A DNA stretch of 64,000 bases from Thermoplasmatota archaeon (GTDB lineage: Archaea; Thermoplasmatota; Thermoplasmata; UBA10834), in contig JBFMHR010000001.1 of NCBI GenBank assembly GCA_040751795.1, positions 160,001-224,000 on the forward strand, written 5' to 3'. This document shows, piece after piece, positions 26,194-35,116 of the stretch (position 1 is the stretch's first letter; each line of letters opens with the position of its first letter). A model generated the notes under the pieces. It was given only the letters and a program-made list of their open reading frames with translations. It was not told where the DNA came from and made no database searches. A program made the position numbers and the translations under genes.

Positions 26194-27090
26194 ATGAAGG
26201 CCAAGGCGTTCAGCCCGGGCCATGTGACCGGCTTCTTCGAGATATGCATGGACGAGGACACCCTCTCGGCCGGGTCGAGGGGCGCGGGCATGTGCCTGTC
26301 CCTCGGGGCGACCTCGGAGGTCGTGCTGGTCCCGGCCACGAAACAGTCCATCAGGGTCACGATCAACGGCAAGGGCAGCGGCGCGGAGGTGACCAAGCGG
26401 GCCATACGCCACCTCATAGGCGACAAGGGGTACAGGGTCGAGGTGGCGACCGAGCTCGAGCTCCCCGTGAGCCAGGGGTTCGGCATGAGCGCCGCCGGCT
26501 CCCTCTCCGCCGCCATCGCCGCCGCCATCCTCCTCGGCAAGGAGAGGCAGGAGGCCTACGAGGCGGCCCACAGGGCGGAGGTGGAGTCGGGCTGCGGCCT
26601 CGGCGACGTCTCCGCCATCCACAGGGGCGGCATCACCCTGAGGAGGAGGCCCGGCCTCCCCCCGAAGGGCGAGGTCGTGAGGATCCCTGGCGACCCGGAG
26701 GTCGTGCTGGCCGTGGTCGGGAGGAGGCTCCTGACCAAGGACATACTCAAGGACGAGGCGAAGAGGCGCGAGATCAACGACAAGGGCGGCTACCTCGTGG
26801 ACAGCCTCGTGAAGCAGCCCTCGCTCGACAGGATGATGACCAACTCCAGGATCTTCGCCCTGGAGACGGGGCTCGCGACGAAGCGGATCGTCAGGGCCAT
26901 CGACACCGCCTCGATGTACGGCCAGGCCAGCATGTCAATGCTAGGCAGCTCGGTCTTCGCCGTCGGCGACACGGGGAAGCTCAAGGAGGCGCTCTCCGGC
27001 GCCGGCACAGTGTTCACGTGCAAGGTCGACACCGTGGGCCCGAGGATCGTCTACGCCGTCCCCGACTCGTCACTCGTACAGGGTGAATAG
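26194..27090 (+). CDS. Pantoate kinase (GHMP family)
   Basis: AFSPGHVTGFF, GSRGAG, LPVSQGFGMSAA, AHRAEV..GLGDV; next to coaBC. Confidence 0.85.
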   Translation: MKAKAFSPGHVTGFFEICMDEDTLSAGSRGAGMCLSLGATSEVVLVPATKQSIRVTINGKGSGAEVTKRAIRHLIGDKGYRVEVATELELPVSQGFGMSAAGSLSAAIAAAILLGKERQEAYEAAHRAEVESGCGLGDVSAIHRGGITLRRRPGLPPKGEVVRIPGDPEVVLAVVGRRLLTKDILKDEAKRREINDKGGYLVDSLVKQPSLDRMMTNSRIFALETGLATKRIVRAIDTASMYGQASMSMLGSSVFAVGDTGKLKEALSGAGTVFTCKVDTVGPRIVYAVPDSSLVQGE

Positions 27091-27369
27091 GCGGTCGTCG
27101 CCGCCCACGTCGAAGAGGCCTATCCTGACGCCGCAGTCGAGCCACCCGTGGGCGTAGTTCACGCACGCGAAAGCGTTGACCAGGTCCCCCTTCCTCGCGA
27201 AGTCCCTCGCGTCGTCGAAGTAGGCCCTGGCCATCTCGAGGAAGTCGTCGGCCATTCGCCTTCCGAAGGAGCGCTCCGGCGCGGCCACGCGGACCTTCGA
27301 GAGGGCCTCGGAGGTGATGCGTATGTACTTCTCGACCCGTTCACCGCTCAGCACGGCCTCGGCGCACAT
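27070..27369 (-). CDS. DUF357 family protein
   Basis: MARAYFDDA..F..GDLVNAFACVNYAHGWLDCG. Confidence 0.88.
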   Translation of the reverse strand: MCAEAVLSGERVEKYIRITSEALSKVRVAAPERSFGRRMADDFLEMARAYFDDARDFARKGDLVNAFACVNYAHGWLDCGVRIGLFDVGGDDRLFTLYE

Positions 27370-27370
27370 C

Positions 27371-28966
27371 TCACATCCTTCTCGACGGGATGACCTCTAC
27401 GCTCTCGCCGCCGTGCTTCGACTCCCTCGGCCGTATCTCGACGAAGAGGGGCATGGAGACCCCGCCGCCCGTGATGATCGCCGTGCCTATGGGCAGCCTC
27501 TGGATCTCCTCCTCCATGCCGTCCGTGAGCCCCTCGATGGAGGAGGCTATGGCCTTGAGGTCGTTGGGGTTGTTGACCTTGAGAATCACCTGGGTGTTGC
27601 ACTGGCTAAGGACGTTCTTGTCCACCTTGGCCGGCCTCTGGGTGATGACCATGAGGCCGAGGCCGAACTTCCTGCCCTCGGAGGCGATGGTCCTGAACAC
27701 CTTGGAGCATATGGCGAGGCCCTGCTGCGGGCAGAAGTTGTGGGCCTCCTCGACCACGAGCATCATCGGGGGGATCTTGTCCACCTTCCTCAGCTCGAAG
27801 AGCGCTGCCCCGATCCTGTTGACAATGAGCTCCTGGATGTCCTGGGGGGTGCCCCTGAGGTTGATGATGGTGGTCCTCCCCTTCTGTATGAGCTCGTCGA
27901 TCTTGGTCCCCTGCTCGGCGAACACGTCGATCTCGTTCAGGTACTCCAGCTCGGTGATGAGCCCTGCGCTGGACGGCTCCGCGTTCGCCTCTATCACCGC
28001 GATGATGTCGTTCAGGGAGTAGCTGCCCTTGGTCTCCCTCAGGGCGTCTATCGCCTTCCTCAGCATCGTCAGGTAGGACCTGACGTTCTTGATGTTCGTG
28101 AGGCTGAGGATCTCCCTCGCGTCGAGGTTGTGGAGCGTGAACTTCAGGGGCTTGGCCCCCTTGTTCGCGTTGGTGTCCGCGGCGAACTCCATTATCTTGT
28201 CATCGTAGCCCTTGGGGGTCACCCCGAAGTCGCGGGAGGTCTTCTTCACGACCCCCTTCTGCTTCATGGTGCAGTACTCGCCGTGCGGGTCGATGATGCA
28301 GACGGTGACCTTGTGCTTCATCAGCTCCTCGATTATCGCCCCGGAGCAGTACGACTTGCCACCGCCCGTCTTGCTCAATATGCAGACGTGCTTCTGGACC
28401 AGGAGGTTGATGTCGAGCTCCACCCGGACGTCGTGGCCGGAGAGAAGGCCGATGTACGCCCCCGAATCGGAGCGCTCACTTATGCCGACGACGGACTTGA
28501 TCAGCTCGTCGTCGGCCCTGTGGACGACCTCCCCGGCCTTGAGCGGGGTCCTGGGCACCTGGAGCAGGTGCCTGTCGTCCCTGTAGCCTATGACCGAGAC
28601 GATGGCGATCTCCTTCTCGTCTATGGGGACGGGGGTCCCCTTCTTCAGGGACTCGACGCCGTCCACCGTCAGGTTGGTGCGCCGCTCTATCTCCGACACC
28701 TGGCCGAGGACGAAGCCGTGGACTGGGTGGTTGACCTTGACGAACTCCATCTTCTCGACGGCGCCGGTCAGCATCATGTTGAACTTCAGGGTCCCGACGT
28801 TGCCGAAGATCATGCCCACGGGGTCGTCGTCCGGGCCGTGCTTCCTCCTCGGGCGCGACTGCTTCGATGGCTGCTCCTCGGGTGCCGCGGCGGCCGTCTC
28901 GTCGAAGCCTGGCCCCGCATCCTGGGTGGATGCCACGAGCTGGTCAGTGCCTTCGTTCAACTGCAT
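27371..28966 (-). CDS. HerA/FtsK-family ATPase with N-terminal HAS-barrel
   Basis: HVCILSKTGGGKSY (Walker A), IIDPHGEY, VEEAHNF (Walker B), EGRKFG, TQRPAKVD..VLSQC. Confidence 0.88.
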   Translation of the reverse strand: MQLNEGTDQLVASTQDAGPGFDETAAAAPEEQPSKQSRPRRKHGPDDDPVGMIFGNVGTLKFNMMLTGAVEKMEFVKVNHPVHGFVLGQVSEIERRTNLTVDGVESLKKGTPVPIDEKEIAIVSVIGYRDDRHLLQVPRTPLKAGEVVHRADDELIKSVVGISERSDSGAYIGLLSGHDVRVELDINLLVQKHVCILSKTGGGKSYCSGAIIEELMKHKVTVCIIDPHGEYCTMKQKGVVKKTSRDFGVTPKGYDDKIMEFAADTNANKGAKPLKFTLHNLDAREILSLTNIKNVRSYLTMLRKAIDALRETKGSYSLNDIIAVIEANAEPSSAGLITELEYLNEIDVFAEQGTKIDELIQKGRTTIINLRGTPQDIQELIVNRIGAALFELRKVDKIPPMMLVVEEAHNFCPQQGLAICSKVFRTIASEGRKFGLGLMVITQRPAKVDKNVLSQCNTQVILKVNNPNDLKAIASSIEGLTDGMEEEIQRLPIGTAIITGGGVSMPLFVEIRPRESKHGGESVEVIPSRRM

Positions 28967-29081
28967 CCCATCTCTGTTCCCTAATATGACCATCTCCTCT
29001 ATTAATCCTTTCGCGGAGCCGTCCAGAAGCGGGAACCGTCAAGGTATTAGACGGGGAACGGCATACTCCGGCCGCGATACC

Positions 29082-29936
29082 ATGCATGTAGTGGGAGGGT
29101 CTGCGTCGAAGGGACTGGCCAGCGAGCTGGCGAAGGTCCTGAAGGCGAAGCTCGCCAAGGTCGAGATCAAGCGCTTCCCGGACGACGAGTGCTACGTCCG
29201 CATCGACGAGGACCTGGACGGGGAGGAGGTCTTCCTCGTGCAGACCACGTGGCCGGACAGGAACATCGTCGAGCTCTTCCTCCTCCAGGACGCGATCAGG
29301 GAGTTCGAGGTCTCGTCCCTCACGACGGTCGTCCCCTACTTCGGCTACGCGCGGCAGGACAAGCAGTTCAAGCCCGGCGAGCCGATAAGCGCGCGCGCCA
29401 TCGCGCGCCTTATACAGGAGCAGACGGACGAGTTCATCACGGTGGACGTGCACGCTCCCTCAGTGATAGACTGGTTCGAGGACGTATCGGCCAAGAACGC
29501 GCACGCGTACCCGGAGGTCGGCAAGTTCCTGAAGAGGAAGGGCGTGCAGATGGTGCTGTCCCCGGACGAGGGGAGGTGGGACAACGCGAGGAGGATCGCG
29601 GACGTCATGGGCTGCGAGGCGGACTTCCTGGTCAAGGAGCGCCTCGACGGCGAGACGGTCACGATGACGCCCAAGTCCCTCGACGTCAAAGGGAAGAAGG
29701 TCGCCATAGTCGACGACATCATCTCCACCGGCGGGACAATAGTCAAGGCGGCCGAGCAGCTCAGGAAGCACGGGGCCGCGCACATCTCAGCGGCCTGCAC
29801 CCACGGGGTCTTCGCCAAGGACGCGGTGACGAGGCTGAGAGCCTGCTGCGACGACATTTATTCGACCGACACGATAGAGAACCCGACCACGGCCGTGTCC
29901 GTGGCCCCCCAGATAGCCAGGGCGGCCATGGAATGA
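29082..29936 (+). CDS. prs: Ribose-phosphate pyrophosphokinase
   Basis: RFPDDE, PYFGYARQD, VDVH, SPDEG, VDDIISTGGT, ACTHG. Confidence 0.93.
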   Translation: MHVVGGSASKGLASELAKVLKAKLAKVEIKRFPDDECYVRIDEDLDGEEVFLVQTTWPDRNIVELFLLQDAIREFEVSSLTTVVPYFGYARQDKQFKPGEPISARAIARLIQEQTDEFITVDVHAPSVIDWFEDVSAKNAHAYPEVGKFLKRKGVQMVLSPDEGRWDNARRIADVMGCEADFLVKERLDGETVTMTPKSLDVKGKKVAIVDDIISTGGTIVKAAEQLRKHGAAHISAACTHGVFAKDAVTRLRACCDDIYSTDTIENPTTAVSVAPQIARAAME

Positions 29937-29985
29937 GGGGACCAAAACCTACATATCACCCTCCAGGGTTCTTGGGGCTGGCACC

Positions 29986-31383
29986 ATGAAGAAGGCGGAG
30001 GACTTCAGCGAGTGGTACAACGAGATGGTCGAGAAGGCGAACCTGACGGACAAGAGGTACCCCATCAAGGGTATGAACGTCTGGACGCCCTACGGCTGGA
30101 AGATCATGCAGGCCATCGACTCCCACATAAGGCAGGAGTTCGACGCCACCGGCCACCAGGAGGTCTGCTTCCCGCTCCTCATCCCGGAGGACCAGTTCGC
30201 CAAGGAGAAGGAGCACATCAAGGGCTTCGACGCGGAGGTCTTCTGGGTCACGCACGCCGGCCTGAACCCGCTCGACGTCAAGCTGCTCCTCAGGCCGACG
30301 AGCGAGACGGCGATGTACCCGATGTTCTCCGTGTGGGTGAGGTCCCACGCCGACCTCCCCCTCAAGACCTACCAGATCGTGAACACCTTCAGGTACGAGA
30401 CCAAGCAGACCCGCGCGTTCATCCGCGTCAGGGAGATACACTTCTTCGAGTCGCACACGTGCCACGCGGACCTCGAGGACGCCGAGAGGCAGGTCCGGGA
30501 GGACTACGGGATCATGGGCCGCCTCTCCAAGAGGCTGTGCATCCCGTACAAGCTCCTCAAACGCACGGACTGGGACAAGTTCCCGGGCGCGTTCTACACG
30601 GTCGGCATCGACACCCTCCTGCCGTCGGGCAGGAGCCTGCAGCTCGGCTCCATCCACCAGTACAAGGAGAACTTCTCGAAGCCGTACGACATCAAGTACG
30701 AGGACGAGGCGGGCGGCCACAAGCACGTCCACCAGACGACCTACGGCATGAGCGAGAGGCTCGTGGGCGCGGTCGTCGCCATCCATGGGGACGACAAGGG
30801 CCTCGTCCTCCCGCCGGACATAGCCACGGTGCAGGTCGTGGTCATACCGGTCCTCGCCAAGGGGGCCGTCGAGGAGGTCACCGAGGAGGCGCGGGACGTC
30901 CAGAAGGAGCTCAGGGACGCGGGCGTCAGGGCTCACCTGGACGAGAGGGACCTCAGGCCCGGGGCGAAGTACTACGACTGGGAGCTCAAGGGCGTCCCGC
31001 TGAGGCTGGAGCTGGGCCTCAGGGACATGGAGAAGGGGCAGGTCACCCTCGTGAGGAGGGACACCGGCGAGAAGTCGGTCCACCCCAGGGCGCACGTCGT
31101 CGAAGGGGTCAGGAAGATGCTCGCCGACATAGCCCTGGACATGCTCGACCTGGCCCAGAGGGAGATGGACTCGAACACGGTCACCGTCGACACCCTCGAC
31201 AACCTCCCCGCGAAGCTCATACGGACCGGATGGTGCGGGGGCGAGGAGTGCGGCCGCGAGATAGAGGCCAGGTCGAACAAGAACATCCTCGGCACGCCCA
31301 TAGACGGCGAGAGGTACGACGGCGCCTGCGTGATATGCGGGAAGCCGGCGGAGAAGCCCGTCTACCTCGCGGACGCGATGTGA
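29986..31383 (+). CDS. proS: Proline--tRNA ligase (archaeal/eukaryotic type)
   Basis: DFSEWY, LRPTSET, FRYETKQTRAFIRVRE, KFPGA, TTYGMSERL, HGDDKGLVLPP, C-terminal CVICG. Confidence 0.96.
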   Translation: MKKAEDFSEWYNEMVEKANLTDKRYPIKGMNVWTPYGWKIMQAIDSHIRQEFDATGHQEVCFPLLIPEDQFAKEKEHIKGFDAEVFWVTHAGLNPLDVKLLLRPTSETAMYPMFSVWVRSHADLPLKTYQIVNTFRYETKQTRAFIRVREIHFFESHTCHADLEDAERQVREDYGIMGRLSKRLCIPYKLLKRTDWDKFPGAFYTVGIDTLLPSGRSLQLGSIHQYKENFSKPYDIKYEDEAGGHKHVHQTTYGMSERLVGAVVAIHGDDKGLVLPPDIATVQVVVIPVLAKGAVEEVTEEARDVQKELRDAGVRAHLDERDLRPGAKYYDWELKGVPLRLELGLRDMEKGQVTLVRRDTGEKSVHPRAHVVEGVRKMLADIALDMLDLAQREMDSNTVTVDTLDNLPAKLIRTGWCGGEECGREIEARSNKNILGTPIDGERYDGACVICGKPAEKPVYLADAM

Positions 31384-31387
31384 GGGC

Positions 31388-31615
31388 TCACTGCGCCTGG
31401 GGCTGCCTCTTCCTGTAGAGGAGGAGGCCTATGATGCCGAACGCGATCATGGGCGCGTAGACGACGTAGATGGCGATGTTCCCCTTGTTGAACGGGTACC
31501 ACGTGTCGTAGAGGACGCCCCATATCCAGTACAGCGCTATCCCCCCTGCGAGGAGGGACGCGTAGAACGCCAGAACGGCCTTCCTCTGGAACTCGGCTCC
31601 CTCGGGCTCTGCCAT
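31388..31615 (-). CDS. Small membrane protein (2 TM)
   Basis: Two hydrophobic helices, basic C-terminal tail, host-like codon usage. Confidence 0.6.
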   Translation of the reverse strand: MAEPEGAEFQRKAVLAFYASLLAGGIALYWIWGVLYDTWYPFNKGNIAIYVVYAPMIAFGIIGLLLYRKRQPQAQ

Positions 31616-31700
31616 CAACGCGCCCAATGGATTGGCCATATAAATGGCTTTGCCCCGAGAGCCATCAAATACATCAGGGCCCATCACAGGCGCGGAGGGA

Positions 31701-32297
31701 TTGGCGTTGAAGTGCGAGAAGTGCGGGACCATCAACCTGCCAGAGGCCGAGCGCTGCCGGATGTGCGGCCACCTCTTCCCGGGTGCCATGGCCGGCGACA
31801 AGGGGATCCGGTGCCCGTACTGCAGAGCCGAGAATCCACCCGGTTCCAGAGAATGCAGCGTCTGTCAGAGAGGGCTGGGGAAGGTCCGCCCGGAGGACAG
31901 GCCCAGAGCCAGGGTGATCAAGACAGACGAGTGGGAGCCCAAGGCGGGCTATGAGGACGCCCCCAGGAAGGCGAGGAGGGTCGCGTGGGTGAGCCTGGGC
32001 GGCATCCTCGTACTCATCGCGGGAGGCCTCGGCCTGATTGATGCTGTGCTGGTGGTCGGGATCGAGGTGGAATTGGACATCGTAGACACGGATACGATGA
32101 TCTGTACCGTGATGATATTCCTGTTCGCTCTCATGGCGATAATGGGAGGGATAATGGCGGTGATGAGACTGCATTTCCCCCTCGCTGTGATCGGCGCGGT
32201 CTCTGGAATACTGGCATTCGGGTGCGCCCTGGGATTGGTCCTGTCCGCAATCGGCCTCATAATGATAATCGCCATGAAGAGGGAGTTCGCACGCTGA
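31701..32297 (+). CDS. Double zinc-ribbon membrane protein
   Basis: Four CxxC pairs (CEKC, CRMC, CPYC, CSVC) followed by 3-4 TM helices; GGAGG RBS before TTG 31701. Confidence 0.7.
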   Translation: MALKCEKCGTINLPEAERCRMCGHLFPGAMAGDKGIRCPYCRAENPPGSRECSVCQRGLGKVRPEDRPRARVIKTDEWEPKAGYEDAPRKARRVAWVSLGGILVLIAGGLGLIDAVLVVGIEVELDIVDTDTMICTVMIFLFALMAIMGGIMAVMRLHFPLAVIGAVSGILAFGCALGLVLSAIGLIMIIAMKREFAR

Positions 32298-32343
32298 TCC
32301 GAAGTTGGCGCAACAGATATCCGTCCGCTCCCTCATCCTCACG

Positions 32344-32751
32344 ATGATGGATTCTGCATGGGAGCATGAGCCGACAGAGGATGAGTGGAGGATGAGGCTC
32401 TCGCGAGATCGATACCAGATACTCAGGATGAGGGGGACGGAGAGGCCATTCACGGGCGAGCTGCTGCATAACAGGGAGAAGGGTGTCTATGTCTGCGGCG
32501 GGTGCGGCGCGGAGCTGTTCAGGTCAGATGACAAGTTCGACTCGGGCAGCGGGTGGCCCAGCTTCTTCGCCCCCATCGACGAGGGCCTCATAGAGGAGAG
32601 GCGCGACATCTCGCACGGGATGGCCAGGACGGAGATAGTCTGCAAGAGGTGCGGCGGCCACCTCGGCCACCTGTTCGACGACGGGCCGAGGCCCACCGGC
32701 CTCAGGTACTGCGTGAACTCGCTCTCGCTGGACTTCAAGAAGAGTGGCTGA
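32344..32751 (+). CDS. msrB: Peptide-methionine (R)-S-oxide reductase
   Basis: GTERPFTG, KFDSGSGWPSF, GHLGHLFDDGPRPTGLRYCVNS. Confidence 0.95.
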   Translation: MMDSAWEHEPTEDEWRMRLSRDRYQILRMRGTERPFTGELLHNREKGVYVCGGCGAELFRSDDKFDSGSGWPSFFAPIDEGLIEERRDISHGMARTEIVCKRCGGHLGHLFDDGPRPTGLRYCVNSLSLDFKKSG

Positions 32752-32784
32752 GAAGGGGTTTCGTCCGGAAGGGGGTCGCCCTGC

Positions 32785-34275
32785 CTATCCCGGCGGCGAG
32801 GACGTCCCGAGCTTCAGGAACTCCTCCTCGTCCTTGAGGGCCTGCTCGAAGATCTCGAACCCCTTCTCGAGCTGCGCCTTGGAAATGCACAGCGGAGGGG
32901 CGATCCTGAACACGTTGCCGTAGAAGCCGGAGGTGATCGTCATGAGGCCGGCCCTCCAGCACTTGCCCTGGATGTTGGTCGCCTCGTGCGGCTCCTTCGT
33001 GTACTGGTTCTTGACGAGCTCGACCCCTATCATGAGGCCCCTGCCCCTGACGTCGCCGATGATCTCCCTGCGCTGCTGTATCTCCTTCAGCAGCTTCATG
33101 GCGTAGTCGCCGAGCTTCGCGGCCCTGTCCGCCAGGTTCTCCTCTAAGATCGCCTGGACGTGGGCGAGGCCCGCCGCCATGGTGATGGCGTTGCCCCCGA
33201 AGGTCGACGAGTGGGACCCGGGCCTCCACTTCCTCATGATGTCGTGCTTGGCGATTATGGCGCCGAGGGGGACGCCGCCTCCCAGGGCCTTGCCGAGCAC
33301 CAGTATGTCCGGGACGGTGTTGAAGTGCTCGCAGGCGAACATCTTGCCCGTCCTCGCGAACCCCGTCTGGACCTCGTCCATGACCAGGAGGGCGCCCTGG
33401 CTGTCGCAGATCTTCCTGAGCCTCGGGAGGAACTCCTTCGGCGGGACGACGTATCCGCCCTCGCCCTGGATGGGCTCGACGAATATCGATGCGATCTGGT
33501 TGCTCGTGCCGCCCATGGTGAGGACCTGGTTCTCGAGGTAGTCCATGCACCACATGCCGCACTCGGGGTAGCTCTGCTTGAACGAGCACCTGTAGCAGTA
33601 TGCGAACGGGGTGAAGACGATGCCGGGCGACATCGGGCCGTAGCTGTACCTCAGCTTGAGCTTGCTCGTGAGGGCGAGGCCGGCGCCGACCCTCCCGTGG
33701 TAAGAGCCGAAGAAGGCGACGTGCTCGTTCCTCTTGGTGTGGTACCGCGAGAGCTTGAACGCCGCCTCGACCGCCTCGGCGCCGCTGTTGCCGAAGAACG
33801 TGCCCTTGAGCGCCTTGTTCGGCGAGATGTCGGAGAGCAGCTTGGCGAAGTGCGCCTCCTTGTCGAAGTATGCGTCGTTCGCCATGGAGTGGATGAGCTT
33901 CGCAGCCTGGTCCTGGATCGCCTTGGAGACCTTGTAGTGGGTCCACCCGGCGTTCTGGACCGCGATGCCGGACGAGAAGTCCAGGAGGACGTTGCTGTCC
34001 GCGTCCATCACCGCCGCGCCGGACGCCTTCTCTATCGTGAACGTGAAGCACCTGTCGTACGCGTACGACACGTAGTCCCTGTCGATCTTGATGATCTCCT
34101 TGCTCTTCGGCCCGGGCGCCCTGACGACTATCTTGGGGGCGTCCCTCGCCCACGGGGCGACCCAGTCCGGGAGCGGGAACTCCTCCTCGACCGGCTTGGC
34201 CTTCTCCTCTCCCTCGATAGGCTTCACCTGCTTCATCGGCTCTGCGACCGACTCGTTCTCCACCATCTCACTCAT
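32785..34275 (-). CDS. Class III PLP aminotransferase (4-aminobutyrate/ornithine/omega-amine type)
   Basis: DFSSGIAV, NSGAEAVEAA, SYHG, EPIQGEGG, DEVQTGFARTG, GKALGGG, DVRGRGLMIG. Confidence 0.9.
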   Translation of the reverse strand: MSEMVENESVAEPMKQVKPIEGEEKAKPVEEEFPLPDWVAPWARDAPKIVVRAPGPKSKEIIKIDRDYVSYAYDRCFTFTIEKASGAAVMDADSNVLLDFSSGIAVQNAGWTHYKVSKAIQDQAAKLIHSMANDAYFDKEAHFAKLLSDISPNKALKGTFFGNSGAEAVEAAFKLSRYHTKRNEHVAFFGSYHGRVGAGLALTSKLKLRYSYGPMSPGIVFTPFAYCYRCSFKQSYPECGMWCMDYLENQVLTMGGTSNQIASIFVEPIQGEGGYVVPPKEFLPRLRKICDSQGALLVMDEVQTGFARTGKMFACEHFNTVPDILVLGKALGGGVPLGAIIAKHDIMRKWRPGSHSSTFGGNAITMAAGLAHVQAILEENLADRAAKLGDYAMKLLKEIQQRREIIGDVRGRGLMIGVELVKNQYTKEPHEATNIQGKCWRAGLMTITSGFYGNVFRIAPPLCISKAQLEKGFEIFEQALKDEEEFLKLGTSSPPG

Positions 34276-34279
34276 CCCC

Positions 34280-34717
34280 TCACTCCTCCCTGGAGGGTCC
34301 GTACTTCAAGGCTCCCGGCTTGCACACGCTCACGCACTTGGGCTCCCCGAGGCAGAGGTCGCACATGTAGGCCGTCTCAATCCCGAACTCCCCCTCGAAG
34401 AACACCGCCTCGTTCGGGCACCTCGGAATGCACGCCATGCAGGCGAAGCACCTGTGCTCGTCGAGGGTCCAGTGCCTCTTGTCGTCGTGGAACTCCAGGA
34501 GCGCGGACGGGCAGACCTCGCTGGGCGGGCACGTCTCGCAGTGCAGGCACATGACGACCTTGTGCTTGTCGCCCTCCTTGCTCACCTTGATCCTCGACCT
34601 GCCCGTGGCTACGCTGGACCTGTGCGAGTCGACGCAGGCCTTCTCGCACTCCAAGCAGCCGTTGCACCTGTCGGGGTCGAAGACGACCCCGAACCTCTTC
34701 TTAGCAGAGCCCATCAC
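34280..34717 (-). CDS. 4Fe-4S dicluster (DmsB/CooF-like) protein
   Basis: CNGCLECEKAC, CLHCETC...CP, CFACMACIPRCP, CDLC...C...C. Confidence 0.88.
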   Translation of the reverse strand: MMGSAKKRFGVVFDPDRCNGCLECEKACVDSHRSSVATGRSRIKVSKEGDKHKVVMCLHCETCPPSEVCPSALLEFHDDKRHWTLDEHRCFACMACIPRCPNEAVFFEGEFGIETAYMCDLCLGEPKCVSVCKPGALKYGPSREE

Positions 34718-35116
34718 AGTTCCTCCTCAGTCGCCACACCGCCCCGCAAATGTCGTGGTGTGCCGTGCCAGGGGGACTTCCATCCTGCACTTTTGGGTAA
34801 GCCGCTGATACCATATATATTCTTGGAGAGCGGGGTATTTGTAGGTTGCCTCTGTGCTAATCTCGGCCATACTTTGTGAAAGATTTTCAATCTAACCGGG
34901 CTATATGTTGAAAACTTCGCAAACGGCCCCTCCCCGTCGACCGCCTTTCGACGTAAGCAAAAGAGGCGGTGAAAAGGGGTCGAAAGGAGGGGTTTTATCC
35001 GACATGACCGATATTAACAGGAGGGGGAGCCCGGGGTAGCCGTACCTCGTCGCAGCGCTGTCGGAGGCCGACTTATGCCCCGAGGCGCTGTACATCAGGG
35101 CACAGTTCTCGGCACG

